Notes: generated from the sequence alone by a model not told the origin. A DNA stretch of 64,000 nt from Macrostomum lignano (GCA_002269645.1 NIVC01001769.1:1-64000), one strand, 5' to 3'. Shown: positions 24,472 through 39,174, counted from the stretch's first letter. Made by a program: numbers and translations.

Positions 24472-26432
24472 ATGATGAGTTCGCGAATCAACCGTTTACC
24501 TGCAGCTGTCGTACTGCTCATAGTCGGATGTTTATTGGGTAAGTCTTCCGCAACATATTGATGTTTATTGGGGGCCGTAAACCAGCGGTAGCGCAGCTGC
24601 TCTGGTGTGCCGCGACCCAGGCTCGATTCCAAGTGCAGCCACATTAATTTGGGGCTGGATTGGAATCTTGGCTTGGCTCGCTTGTGCAATTAACGGCCTT
24701 GAGAGCCAACCCCCCAAGGCGCAGTGAAGTGTACATGCCTAACAATTGATAAAGTTAGGGCCGCTGTACACTCCTGTGTGAGTGTGTGCCTGCGTAACGT
24801 ATCCGCGCGCTTGTATGCCTGCTCAGGGGAGTCGGCGGAATGGGCAGTAATGCCTCTCGCCGGTTGTGTGCAAATGACGCTTAAATTGCGCCAGGGTGCA
24901 CACAACCCCCTGCCTCTAAAAAATGCTCTGCTTTTTATTAATTAGTATGCTTCCCGAGTTATAAAATACTTCAGATTCCGTTTCATGAATTTTTTGCCAG
25001 AAATTCGCGATTATGAAACTTGAGATTAGGATCCTTGAAAACCCCCTATAGAGACGAAATTATAAATCCTATATATAGTATTAAAACCGCAAATACTACG
25101 TATTTGTCTATTTCATAAACCTACACTAAAACAAGTCTGGAAACTAATCGTGGTGATTATTTAAGTTTGCGACACCACGCAGGAGTTTTGAGAGGTACCA
25201 AATCAGAGAAAACTTCCACAAAAGGTCCAGGGTTCGGGGGAGTCTTCAGCAGGTGGCCTGTCCACCCTTTCGGTTGTAGCTCTTGTCCTGGACAGGGACT
25301 TCAGCTGGCTTTGGGCCCAGATTGGGAAGCTTCCGCTGCCCGCGGGCCCATGGCCCACTTTGCCTTGTAAAATCGGCGGCAGGCAGCTCCAGAGGTGTTG
25401 CTCATGCACCTGCCTTTTGGCATCGCTCAGGAACTGCTCCAAGGGTCCCGTCGGGGCGTCTTTAATGGTAGCAGGTTGGGACAGAGGCCAAACTAGACTC
25501 GTACCGCAGAGTAGTTTACCACGTCATTATGGGTCATAGGGGCCAACAGTCTCTCCATTTACTGGCCTGAACTTCAATAGATCCTCAAATCTTCATTCAA
25601 GATTTGGTCAGCAAGTGTTTAAAAATCCTCTTTACACTAAACTCCCGCCATTCCTTTTCTTCTGGTGCATGGAATTGGACCAACGAAAACCAAGGATTTT
25701 AGATGCTGATCAAATTTTCAAGTAGGCCTTGTCGCCAATTCATGCTATTACGATTCTGCTGCATTGAAATTCCCAGCTAACTTTTACGTAGGAACTACGT
25801 ACATGTAGAATTACCAGCAGTGCAATATAAAACGCCAAGAAATTCTTCGAAAAGTATTTTCCTATGCTTATACGTATAACTTCTGATCAATTTTAGGCGG
25901 CGTCTGTTTGAAAGATTATAAAGGGTAAGACTAGCAATGTGTTTATTAGTCACTACCTTTATTTTTAAATTAGACAATACTGTATTATTTAACTATCATT
26001 ATCTCGTTTCACTTTAGAGGCAAAAGAGGTTCAGCAGAGCTGCTCAAAGGAGACAAAGTAAAGGTGTCCAGTAGTCTCAGGCAGTATATGGACAGAGACG
26101 GAACCGATTTTAAATATGACGAAGTCACAGTGTGCGAACTAAAGAATTCAGAGCTACAGGCCTGCCCTGATAAGGTTGACTATTTGGTCAACGTTCCCTT
26201 CTCTGAAGTGAGCTCTAAAGCCAGCACGAGATCCCACTGCTGCGAGTCTTCGTGCTGCACTGCTGATGTCCAATTTGCGTTGAAATTAATAAGTGACGAT
26301 AGTCGGTCACGCTACATATTACAATTACACATTACAATTTACAACGTAAATTGCCGATTGCTTTGGGAATACTTCTCAATTTTGGAAAGGATCATTAACA
26401 AGGAATCTAAGGAATTGTTGGCGCAATTGTAG
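24472..26432 (+). CDS. S3: Shisa-like protein lacking the TM helix (169 aa); exons 24472-24538, 25897-25924, 26018-26432
   Basis: Signal peptide MMSSRINRLPAAVVLLIVGCLL|GTAAGT, a 28-bp microexon (GVCLKDYKG) and C-x9-C-x24-CC-x3-CC. The frame is continuous to TAG. May be a pseudogene. Confidence 0.65.
24571..24922 (+). mobile_element. tRNA-derived SINE (family B) in S3 intron 1
   Basis: tRNA-like head with B-box-like GGCTCGATTCC and a short A tail. Absent from the homologous S4 intron. Related copies at ~27035-27420 and probably ~54760-55010. Confidence 0.65.
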
Positions 26433-27642
26433 ACTGAATGCCTCGACTAATTTTTAATGGACCGGTTTGTGCGGTGCAGTTCCGAGATTGAGTCCATCGC
26501 GTCCTGCTTCCGAAGTTCCCCGCCTGCCCCGCGCTCTGACCGGTAGTGGCGATTCGCCGACTTCTGTGGGTCAACAAGCTGGCAATAGCCGAGGCGCCAC
26601 TCTGGTCCTTCATCGATCGCAATGGACAGCGGCGCCATCTACCCCCTAGGGACCTGGACCGGTTTCTTGACTCTAAGCTGCAGAGGGCTGGGTGTGGCGG
26701 CAAGCTCTACTCGACTCACAGCCTGCGCCCAGGTGGGGCCATCTGGGCAGCTCACATGGGCCTGCCGGTGGCGGAGAACCATCGGATCGGCGACTGGAAG
26801 AGTTCGGCGGTGGAGCGCTACTTGCCCAACTCGGGTGTTGCTGCGGCCTCTCTGCGTTTTTTCTTCCGCCCTTAGTGCTCATTTTTGACGGTGCTCTTCC
26901 CGCTGATTTGTTTTTTGCTTAATGCCTAGCTGCTGCTCTTATCCCCCGTTGTGTTTGGCTTTGGAGGCCCGCTTCGTTTCTGTGCCAAGTTCGTGTTTTA
27001 ATGCCTTTGTTGCTGGAAGCACTAATGGACTGGTTTGTGCGGCGCCCAGTGGTCTTTTGGTCTTCATACACCAGCGGCCCAGGCTCGATTCCACGTGCAG
27101 TCAAGTTAATTTGGTGCTAAATTGGAATCTCGGCTTAGCTCCGCTCGTATGCAACTAACTCAATTGAGAGCCAACCACCAAGGCACAGTGAAGTCAGTGA
27201 AGTGTACATGCCAAAACGGTACGAGTACGAAAAGTTAGGATTGGCTGAACACTCCTGTGTTGAATGTTTGCCAACGCGTATGACTGCGTACGAATCCGCG
27301 TGCAATTGTGTGCCTGCGCAGGTGAGTCAGCAAAATGGGCAGCAATTCCTCTCGCTGGCTGTGTGTGACAACGTTGTTTAAAGTGCGTTAGGGTGCGCTG
27401 TGCCCGCCAGTTTCGTCTATGGTTAATGCTTAGTCGCGTCGTCGAAACGATGAGACAACGCAGCCCTGCCTATGGATTCTCGGCATTACAGTAGTCATTC
27501 ATGATGATCAAGATGAAACAAAACAAATTTCAACCAAATACACAAACTGGGCATTTTGATTCTGATAAGTCAATTGTATAGAAAGATTGCCATAGACTGA
27601 GTTCAATGAGAAAAAAAGCTAAAACAAAAAAATCTCACTAGG
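26430..27642 (+). repeat. 1.2 kb segment, inverted twin of 11669-12881
   Basis: Manual alignment shows only scattered substitutions. Confidence 0.93.
26546..26875 (+). pseudogene. Tyrosine recombinase C-terminal remnant (second copy)
   Basis: Translation is identical to 12436-12765. Confidence 0.75.
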
Positions 27643-27713
27643 TAATGTTAGTCAGCTTAAGTTGAACAGCTGCTGTAGCCCAACAACCGTTGCAAAGCAC
27701 ACCCAAAAGTCTC

Positions 27714-29532
27714 ATGATGAGTTGGCGGATCAACTGTTTACCTGCAGCTGTCGTACTACTCATAGGCGGATGTTTAATGGGTAAGTTTTCCGCAACATAA
27801 TTTAAATTTATCTTGTATTACATGCTCTGCTCTTTATTAATTAGTATGTTTCCTGAGTTATAAAATACTTCAGATTCTGTTTTATGAATTTTTCATAATC
27901 CAGAGATTTAAGACCCCCGAAAACCCCCCTATTATAGCGACGAAATTATAATCCTATATTAGTATTAAATACGCAGATATTACTTATTTGTCTATTTCAT
28001 AAACCTACACTACGAGTAAAACAAGTCTTCAGCAGTTGTCCTGTCCACCCTTCCGGCTGCATCTCTTGTCCTGGACAGGGACTTCAGCTAGCTCTGGGTT
28101 CAGATTAGAAAGCCCTGGCCCGAGGGCCTTGGGGCCCACAGCCTCAGCATTTATTGGCCTGAACTTCAATAGATTGCTCAGACTTTCATTAAAGATTAGG
28201 TCAGTAAGTTCATCCAGTGTTTTTTTAAAAATCCTCTCAGCACTAAACTCCCGCCATTCCTTTTCTTCTGGTGCAACGAAAACCAAGGATTTTAGATGCT
28301 GACCAAATCTTCAAGTAGGCCTTGTCGCCAATTCATGCTATTGCGATTCTGCTGCATTGAAATTCTCAGCTAAATTTTACGTAGAACTATGTAGAATTAC
28401 CAGCAGTGCAATATTACACGCTAAGAAATTCTTCAAAAAGTATTTTCCTATGCTTTTACGTGAAACTTCTGATCAATTTTAGGCTGCGTCTGTTCGAAAG
28501 ATTATAAAGGGTAAGACTTGCAGTGTCTTTATTAGCCACTACCTTTTTATTTTTAAATTAGGCATTACTGTATTATTTAACTATCATTATCTCGTTTCAC
28601 TTTAGAGGCAAAAGAGGTTCAGCAGAGCTGCTTAAAGCCAAAGGTGACAAAGTAAAGGTGTCCGAAAGTCTCAGGCAGTATATGGACAGAGACGGAACCG
28701 ATTTTAAATATGACGAAGTCACAGTGTGCGAACTAAAGAATTCAGAGCTACAGGCCTGCCCTGATAAGGTTGACTATTTGGTCAACGTTCCCTTCTCTGA
28801 AGTGAGCTCTAAAGCCAGCACGAGATCCCACTGCTGCGAGTCTTCGTGCTGCACTGCTGATGTCCAATTTGCGTTGAAATTAATGAGTGACGATAGTCGG
28901 TCACGCTACACATTACTTGTTGTGTCAGTAGTTTTACCCTTTGCCATTTTGATGCTCACCGTTTTATGCCGACTGTGTGGTGTAAGTCAACGCGAATCTC
29001 ATGTTTGGGTTTGAATTCTCGTAGGGGTAGAGGCATTTAGATTTCAGACCGAATATTTATATAATGGCAAGAATTCTAGATCCTTAACTTGCGTCCTGAG
29101 ATCGGGGCAATAGCTTTCAGATTGTCGACTATTCTGGGTTATATATGGCATCACTAGTGCCATATACCTGTAGCTACTGTGCTTATCTGGTGTAAATACT
29201 TAACAAAGTGAATATAAATCAACTAATTGCCTTTCTTTATGCAGCTACTTATATACTGCTGTAGCGATCCGGATGCGAAAAATGAACGTATTGCCGATTG
29301 TTATGGGAATACTTCTAAATTTTGGAAAGATTCATTAACATTTATCCTAATGCATCGGGAAAATCTGTTTTGGAAGACAAAGGAATCTGTTTTGCTGGCC
29401 CAGACAGAGGAGCCGTGGCGAGAGATAAGGAGGCTCAAGGCAGCCAGGAGGAGAAGGAAAACAAGAGCCAGACGCCTAGAAGTGAGGAGAGAACGTGAAA
29501 AACCCCCCAGGCCGCCGCCAGGCGGGGGTTAA
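27714..29532 (+). CDS. S4: Shisa-like type I membrane protein (~252 aa); exons 27714-27780, 28483-28510, 28606-28981, putative 29245-29532
   Basis: Signal peptide MMSWRINCLPAAVVLLIGGCLM, microexon GCVCSKDYKG, 6-Cys domain, TM LLVVSVVLPFAILMLTVL, then CRLCG|GTAAGT. Exon 4 is less certain and runs into LTR-derived sequence. Confidence 0.75.
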
Positions 29533-29807
29533 TAAAGGAGCGCAGAAGGGTTAACATAATGTATGCGGAGAGTTTCCATTGGCTGGCGAGATAAAAACAA
29601 GAAACTGAAATTATTGATCGCGCGAGATCCTACAGGCGTACGCAAAGATTACAAAGTACGCAGTGATTTAGCAATTAATACAAATTCGTTGCGCGCTACT
29701 ACAAGTAAACGTGAGAATACGAGATTGGAAAATTTAAATGAGAAATTGTAGGGAAATTGTAGTCCAACGGCCCTTTTGTGGGACCACTTAAAACTGACAA
29801 CATCACA
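29394..29807. mobile_element. Partial copy (right-hand ~410 bp) of the 23650-24408 LTR-like element
   Basis: Aligns to 24015-24408 and ends at the same ...ACTGACAAxxTCACA terminus. Confidence 0.7.
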
Positions 29808-29989
29808 CTATTCAATATTAACTCTTAATACACCTTTCACGTTCAACTTTGAACAAAGTCCAGCTCTGAAAAAAACTAGCAGAAATTCAATTCAGACAAT
29901 TCTTTTTGATCCAGCGTGCAAGAATGCTTTGGAAGTCGCCAAATGCGTGCCGAAATGCAAGTGTCTATGGTAATAGACAATGGTAATAG

Positions 29990-30710
29990 TGTCTATGTCT
30001 ATGGTGCGGCAGTTGGTGACGCGGCGGCGCTCACGAAAGCGCACAAGCACGTGGTCGAGCTGTGCCAGCCTCCGCGTAGCGTTCCGGCCGCGCGCGTTCC
30101 GCCGCCTCCGCTTGCAGCCCACGAAGGTCGCGAGCCTGCCCGGTGACTTGCGGAATCTGGTGTTGGCCGACACCATGTCCTGTCTCTCCAGGAAGTCCTC
30201 TAGCGCTCCGGTGTTGCCGTTCTCGCGCGCTGTCACGAACAGCGATCGCTCGGACCTACGCAGAACTGCGTTCAGGTCTCCGAGAATGACCACTGTGTCA
30301 CATTGCGCCATCTCCTCCACCCGCATCGAGAGTTGCTCGAAGAAGGCCTGAGCCTCATCGGAGCGGGTAGCAGGCGGCGCGTACGCGCAGAACAGGCGGG
30401 CGTTCCGGCCGTTAAGCCGGACGTCGACCCGAAGCAGCCGAGAAGACAGGGAGACGCAGCGACAGCTCTGCTGCAGCCTCGGTCCGATCAGCGCTCCAAC
30501 TCCTCCACGGCCTCGCTCATCCGCTGAGGTGTACCAGAGTGTCCAACCGGCGCCTAGGTCCTCACAGTGAAGTCCGGGGTCGGCTCTGATAGACACCTCC
30601 TGTAGTGCGATGACATCACAGCTGAGGTCGAGCGCTAGCCTCGCCAGCAGCCCTCTCCGCCATGTGGCCTTGAGAGTGCGGCAGTTCAGCGTCCCGATTA
30701 TGTTAAGCAT
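29990..30710 (-). mobile_element. Non-LTR retrotransposon APE endonuclease domain (5' part, 3' truncated)
   Basis: IGTLNCRTL, DVIALQEV, CAYAP, VILGDLNA and LDHVLV motifs. Confidence 0.9.
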
Positions 30711-31278
30711 GCAAATTAAGAGCCAGACTGGCGCTTTGGTGCGGTCACAGGCAGTTAAGCGGCTAAAGTAAGTTAAATATTAGTCTAAAGATCTCCGAAA
30801 GTGACAATGCATCTACATCATCGCTATCCGTCGACGTGTTAACACATTTAGTGCCAAAAGCGTGCAGTTACGTGTACTTTTACATGTACTTCTGGGAATT
30901 TGGTGATGAAATAGTACATTTAGTAGTGTATAAAGGCTCGCCAGCGCAAGAACCCCCTGCAAAAGTCCTCTCTGTCCCTGCATGGCCAATGCGATATTAG
31001 TCCCAGCAGCGTCCCTTCTATTCGGCTATGACTTCGGAATTTAGACAGCTAAAAGACACTAGATGGCAGGTAACTGCAGTGCCCATCTAGTCGGAAGTCC
31101 GATTTCGATAGCTCCGGTTTGGTGAGCCGGGGCGCACGGACTGGTGGTAGCGGGTTAGTTAATCTGCGGATTAGCTAATCTCTACCTTTCAAATTCTCCC
31201 TGCTTGTCTCTCGCTGTCTTCTCCTAGCTATAGGACCTTGCTGCTCGCCCACAATCTTTCCCGTGTGCCACAATCTTT

Positions 31279-33056
31279 GGTGTCCCAAAAGTTCCCGGAA
31301 TGTCTAACGTAACTCTTCAACAGAGCCATGAAATTTCACGCCCATGGTGTCAAATGAAAGGAAATTTTGTCACAAAGAATACAAAGTTAAAATCATGTTG
31401 ATATCTTTTTTTATTCAAGAGCTACAGCAAGAAACTTGCGCAAAGGTCAGGGGTAGTGTTACACAACCTCAACAATCTATGGCAATAATTTTTTCATCTC
31501 CATTTTTGGAGTTTTTCATTTTGAATTCGTGCTACTGACGTGTTAGAAAGACGTGGTAGTGTCTATGGAAAAAAGCAGAAATGCTCATAAAGCTAATCTG
31601 AGCTTTTGCGCGAGTGCAGATAATTCGTACCAAGCGCTTGCTTTCAACTTGAAATTTCTTTGCGAAAATGAGTTCTCTTCAGAGCCTTGAAAGTCAGCGA
31701 AGTCAAGTTTTTGCCCTTTGGTCAGTAGGATGGAGTGGAGCCAAGATTTCTGACCACTTATTCTCCATCCACGGTGAGAACAGCCTGAAAAAAACTGCAA
31801 TTTACGGATGGATCGAACGCTTTAAAGATGGCCAGTCTGCTGTGAATAATCAGCCACGCTCTGGCCGTCCTTGCACGTCGGGTGGAGAGACATCCCATCA
31901 ACGGATCGAGGCCCTCCTGGACTCGGATGCCCGCTTGACTATTCGAGAGATCTCTGATCAATTGGATATTGCCAAGTCGACTGTCCATCGAATAATCGTC
32001 AACGATCTGGGTCTCTCAAAGATCTCAGCCCGCTGGGTTCCCCGTCTCCTCACACCGGAGCTCAGGGCACAACGACTGAGCGTCGCCAAGTCCAACATTG
32101 AGCTCATTCAGAGGCAAGGTGGCTGGAGCGACTTCGGTAAGCTGATCATTTCTGGTGACGAGACCTGGATTCCGTTTTTTGATCCTGAGACAAAAGAAGA
32201 AAGCCGGGTTTGGACAAAGAAAGGGTCCCCTGCCCCTGTGAGGGCTCGGCGAGACCAGCATTCGAAAAAAGTCATGCTGACTCTCTTCTTTGACCACTGT
32301 GGTCCACTGACCATTGATTTTCTAGAGGAAGGGACCACCATCAATGCTGATCACTACGTTGCTAGCCTGGCCAGACTAAAAGATGATGTGAGAAACAAGC
32401 GGCGTCATTCTGGTGAGAAGCCCTGCTTTTTGCACCATGACAATGCTCGGCCACACACCGCTAGAAAGACGATGGCGCAGATCAACCAGCTAAATTTTGA
32501 GTTGGTGCCTCACCCGCCCTACTCGCCAGACTTGGCCCCTGCCGATTTTGCCATCTTTCCACAAATTAAAAAACTTATTCGTGGCCGGGTGTTCCAGAAC
32601 CGCAGTGAACTTGAAGACTTCACTCGTCGCGTCATCCTGCATGAAATGCCTCGAACTGTTTTTGCCCAGGCCATCGACGGCATGCTTTCAAGGTGGCAGA
32701 GGTGTGTCCAGCTGAATGGGGACTACGTGGAGAAGCCGCAGGTTGAACTTGACGATTCGCTTTGAATTTTGAATTGGTTCATGCCCATCATCGGCACCCA
32801 TTTCATCAACGGTATGAACTGTTCTGTGTTTTATTGTTTAAAATCATTGTCATAGATTGTTGAGGTTGTGTAACACTACCCCTGACCTTTGCGCAAGTTT
32901 ATTGCTGTAGCTCTTGAATAAAAAAAGATATCAACATGATTTTAACTTTGTATTCTTTGTGACAAAATTTCCTTTCATTTGACACCATGGGCGTGAAATT
33001 TCATGGCTCTGTTGAAGAGTTACGTTAGACATTCCGGGAACTTTTGGGACACCTCG
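31279..33056 (+). mobile_element. Tc1/mariner (DD34D) transposon with ~215-bp TIRs
   Basis: Inverted repeats 31279-~31491 and ~32841-33056. The right end is ...GGGACACCTCG|TA. The left end lacks the terminal CGA and the TA. Confidence 0.95.
31668..32765 (+). CDS. Mariner transposase, intact 365-aa ORF
   Basis: WVPRLL, GDETW, HDNARPH-x-YSPDLAPAD. 34 residues counted between the second and third catalytic Asp. Confidence 0.96.
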   Translation: MSSLQSLESQRSQVFALWSVGWSGAKISDHLFSIHGENSLKKTAIYGWIERFKDGQSAVNNQPRSGRPCTSGGETSHQRIEALLDSDARLTIREISDQLDIAKSTVHRIIVNDLGLSKISARWVPRLLTPELRAQRLSVAKSNIELIQRQGGWSDFGKLIISGDETWIPFFDPETKEESRVWTKKGSPAPVRARRDQHSKKVMLTLFFDHCGPLTIDFLEEGTTINADHYVASLARLKDDVRNKRRHSGEKPCFLHHDNARPHTARKTMAQINQLNFELVPHPPYSPDLAPADFAIFPQIKKLIRGRVFQNRSELEDFTRRVILHEMPRTVFAQAIDGMLSRWQRCVQLNGDYVEKPQVELDDSL

Positions 33057-33372
33057 TAGCTACCATGGCGCTGACCATCTGACAGGAGTGAGAGGCCAGA
33101 GCTCTTAGTGATTCATTTCAGAGTTCTTAGGCCCGAAGCTACAGGCTTAAAAAGGCCGAACCCATCAATTTAGCATAACAGCCATAGACTACAACCATAA
33201 ACAGAAATCTCTTCTCTCCATCGTGCAAGAATGTTCAGACCATGGATGAAGGAAATACACTGGATTGCTCATCTGAAATAGTCTATGGTCGAGTTCTTTC
33301 CTCCAAACTTGGAATTTACCCCCTAGGAATCTATTGGCTGATGAAAGTTAAAAATAATTACCCGTAGTATAA

Positions 33373-36189
<2,817 letters not shown>

Positions 36190-36455
36190 TAATATAATAA
36201 AACAAACCAAAAATGACTTCAATAATGACATTTTCAGGTAAAGTGCAGCAGGATTAGGTATATTTTGCTTTGCTTTGGAGCATTAAATAAATTGTAGTAG
36301 GAGCTTTCGTGATACGCTATAACACATCAATATAGGTTCGGTGTTTTTGATGTTGTTGCTTTTTCAGAGCAATGCATCCACTTTCTTCAAATGATTATTC
36401 AGTTATACAATACTGAATTGTAGGCTGTAACATGCGTAGTTTGATCATCTATCGA

Positions 36456-38334
36456 TTATTTGTTAGTAGCTGGTGTAGTTGCCACCACAGTTGCTAAGTT
36501 GTTGGTATCAGCAGAGGTAGTTGATGCTGGTGGTGCTGGTGCTGAGTTGTTGGTATCAGCAGAGGTAGTTTGTGCTGATGGTGCTGGTGCTGAGTTGTTG
36601 GTATCAGCAGAGGTAGTTTGTGCTGGTGGTGCTGGTGCTGAGTTGTTGGTATCAGCAGAGGTAGTTTGTGCTGGTGGTGCTGGTGCTGAGTTGTTGGTAT
36701 CAGCAGAGGTAGTTGATGCTGATGGTGCTGGTGCTGAGTTGTTCGAATTACAAGACCAGAGGCTTTTCCAACATTGGCGCATGTCAGAACTGACATCGGG
36801 CCTGTCGTTGACACATAGCGGGATTAAACGGCAGCTAATGCAGAGAATCGGCAAAAGTAAAATCGACATCAGTATGGCAAAACAACACGAGCCGAATTGG
36901 ATGCGTGCTTTGTCAATATACTTCTCCTCCGCATAAGGATAAATACAGCGGATACAAAGGTATCCGAATCCCTGGATTAAGATAAAAATAATTAGCAGGT
37001 AAACTGCTTTCGTTAAGTGGCATTACATTATCTAAACTTAAGCTATAAATATTGCATAAAAATGTGTCTAAAAAACCGATTTACTAAAATGTATGCCATT
37101 CTATCTATCATATTCTATGTCTAGCTTGATCCAAATATAAATAAACATGATTTGAACTCACTTACACAAATGTAGTAAATAGAAAATAGAAGTAGTACAA
37201 AGTTTGGTAACCACCAAAAAAGGCCAATTAGTAGTATGTCTCTCTTAAGGCAGTAGGACATATATTCCTTAAATTCGCTACTGTTGCAGCACGCGCCGTG
37301 CACGTAACGGGAACTGCAACAGAACGATTTCGTGCTGTTTCTAAAGTTTACATCGGTGAAAGAAACGTTGGCCAAATAATCAATTTTATCTGGGCAGACG
37401 TGCAGAAAATCTTCATATAACGAGGGCATTTCGCACAGTGTGACTTCTTCATATTTGAAATTTGCTCCATCTCTGCTCATATACCGCCAGAGATTCTTTG
37501 GGACTTGTGTTAATTTAGGTCTCTTTACCAGCGTTGCGGAACCTCTTTTGGATCTTGAATAAAGCAAGGGTGGTGATGCATTGTTAAATGCAGTATTCGC
37601 TTATTTAAGAGCAAGAAAGGTATAAGTAGCTACTAAAGCCTCTGTCTGATCTTACCCTTTATAATCACGCGACTCGGCGCCTAAAATGCATGAGAAGTTG
37701 AATTTAGCAGTAGTTGCTTTGAAAAACCTCAAGTTCTGATCAAAATATCAGGTAAAGTGGCTCGTTTAGCATCAACATCAACATCACTTAATTTAGTGAA
37801 TGTTGATCATAAATAGCTCGTACTTGAAAACAAAGTATTGAGATGCGGACATTGTAAAAGGAAGCGTTTTATGGTACAGATAGGTTGGATAAATCTGTCA
37901 AAAGTTCTATTTAAAGTCCATTTTTCTTAACAGTGTGCTTATAGTTGTGCTTGCTACTCAGCTCTCCATGACCAATAAAGTAATTCACATTAGGAGTTTC
38001 CTCAAGCTTAAAAGTCCTATTCCTTTGCTCCGTTTGAAGCTATGCAGAGATTTTGGTTTGAACAAAATAAAATTGCAATAAATCTTCCGTTCTTCACCTT
38101 AAAAGCACAACGCCTTAAGACCTTAATTAAAAAATCAGGAATGATAGGTTGAGTCAAAAAGATTGTGATCTGATCGGCTTTGTGCTTGAACGACAGTAGC
38201 TGATATATTCTGTGTGAACAACTACAGTTTGCATTTAAAATGTGTTTAAATATGGTGAAAAACTCACCCGTCAAAAGTCCGACAATGAGCAGTGTGATAA
38301 CTGCCAGTAAATGCGTAATTTGCCGATTCTTCAT
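36456..38334 (-). CDS. S5: Shisa-like protein with two hydrophobic segments and a Ser/Thr/Pro/Ala repeat tail (331 aa); exons 38334-38268, 37680-37656, 37553-37166, 36971-36456
   Basis: Signal peptide MKNRQITHLLAVITLLIVGLLT, microexon GAESRDYKG and C-x12-C-x24-CC-x8-CC. Exon lengths 67+25+388+516 = 996 nt, in frame, all GT-AG. Confidence 0.85.
36504..36743 (-). repeat. 48-bp coding VNTR, 5 units
   Basis: ORF 36456-36869 = 42 + 5x16 + 15 aa. Confidence 0.95.
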
Positions 38335-39174
38335 ACTCGTAAAAGTTTTGCTTGCTGTTGTGTACCTGCGATCTTGTTGCTTGGATCTTTTTAGTCCGAA
38401 TGAAGAACGGCTGAGTTACGCTTAGAAATTGGGAATTCAAGGCTGATTAGAAGTCAAAAATTTCAACAGGACAACTTTTACCATAGAAAACAGATTTGCA
38501 AGCGAAAGCCCAGCGGGAGTTCTGCTTTTCGACTAAAAATTTGTATAACACAAGCCCTAAGCTATTCGCTTTCGTTAGTTTACCTTTTTCAAGCTTACTC
38601 TTCTCACGAATTTCCACTGCTATGCTGCTTTGCATATAAGCGTCAGGTTAATTGGTACCTTACCATTTTTCGTAATATAACCTAAATTCGATGGCAAAAT
38701 TCAGTAAAAATTTACTCATCGTAAATAACAATGATGTTTTCTAGCGAGGAACGCCGACGGGTACCTTAGATAGATTAGTTGAAGAGAAAGGTGCACGAAT
38801 CCTTATGTAAATATGGAACCAAGGACTACGAAGGATACCGGACGGGAAACTACGTTTTTTGCCAAATTTTAGGCGGCAGCTTTTTGAATAATAATTTACG
38901 GAGACAGCTAGGGATTTGCTGTTACAGCACAAAAGCTATTAACGCTTTTTCATAGGTGACAAATCCTATATTCATCTTTTGATAGTTTTTGTCTTTCTTT
39001 TACCTCTATTGATATTCATAGAGCTTTTCGTTAGCAAAGAAGAATTTTCAACTGTTATAAATCTATAAAACTATAAATCTTATGTACATTGCTTTGAATT
39101 CGTTAGTAAAAGTAACGGAAATGTTGAAAATTATATCAGGGCTTAAAATCATCAAATAGCTGACCAAGTCAGTT

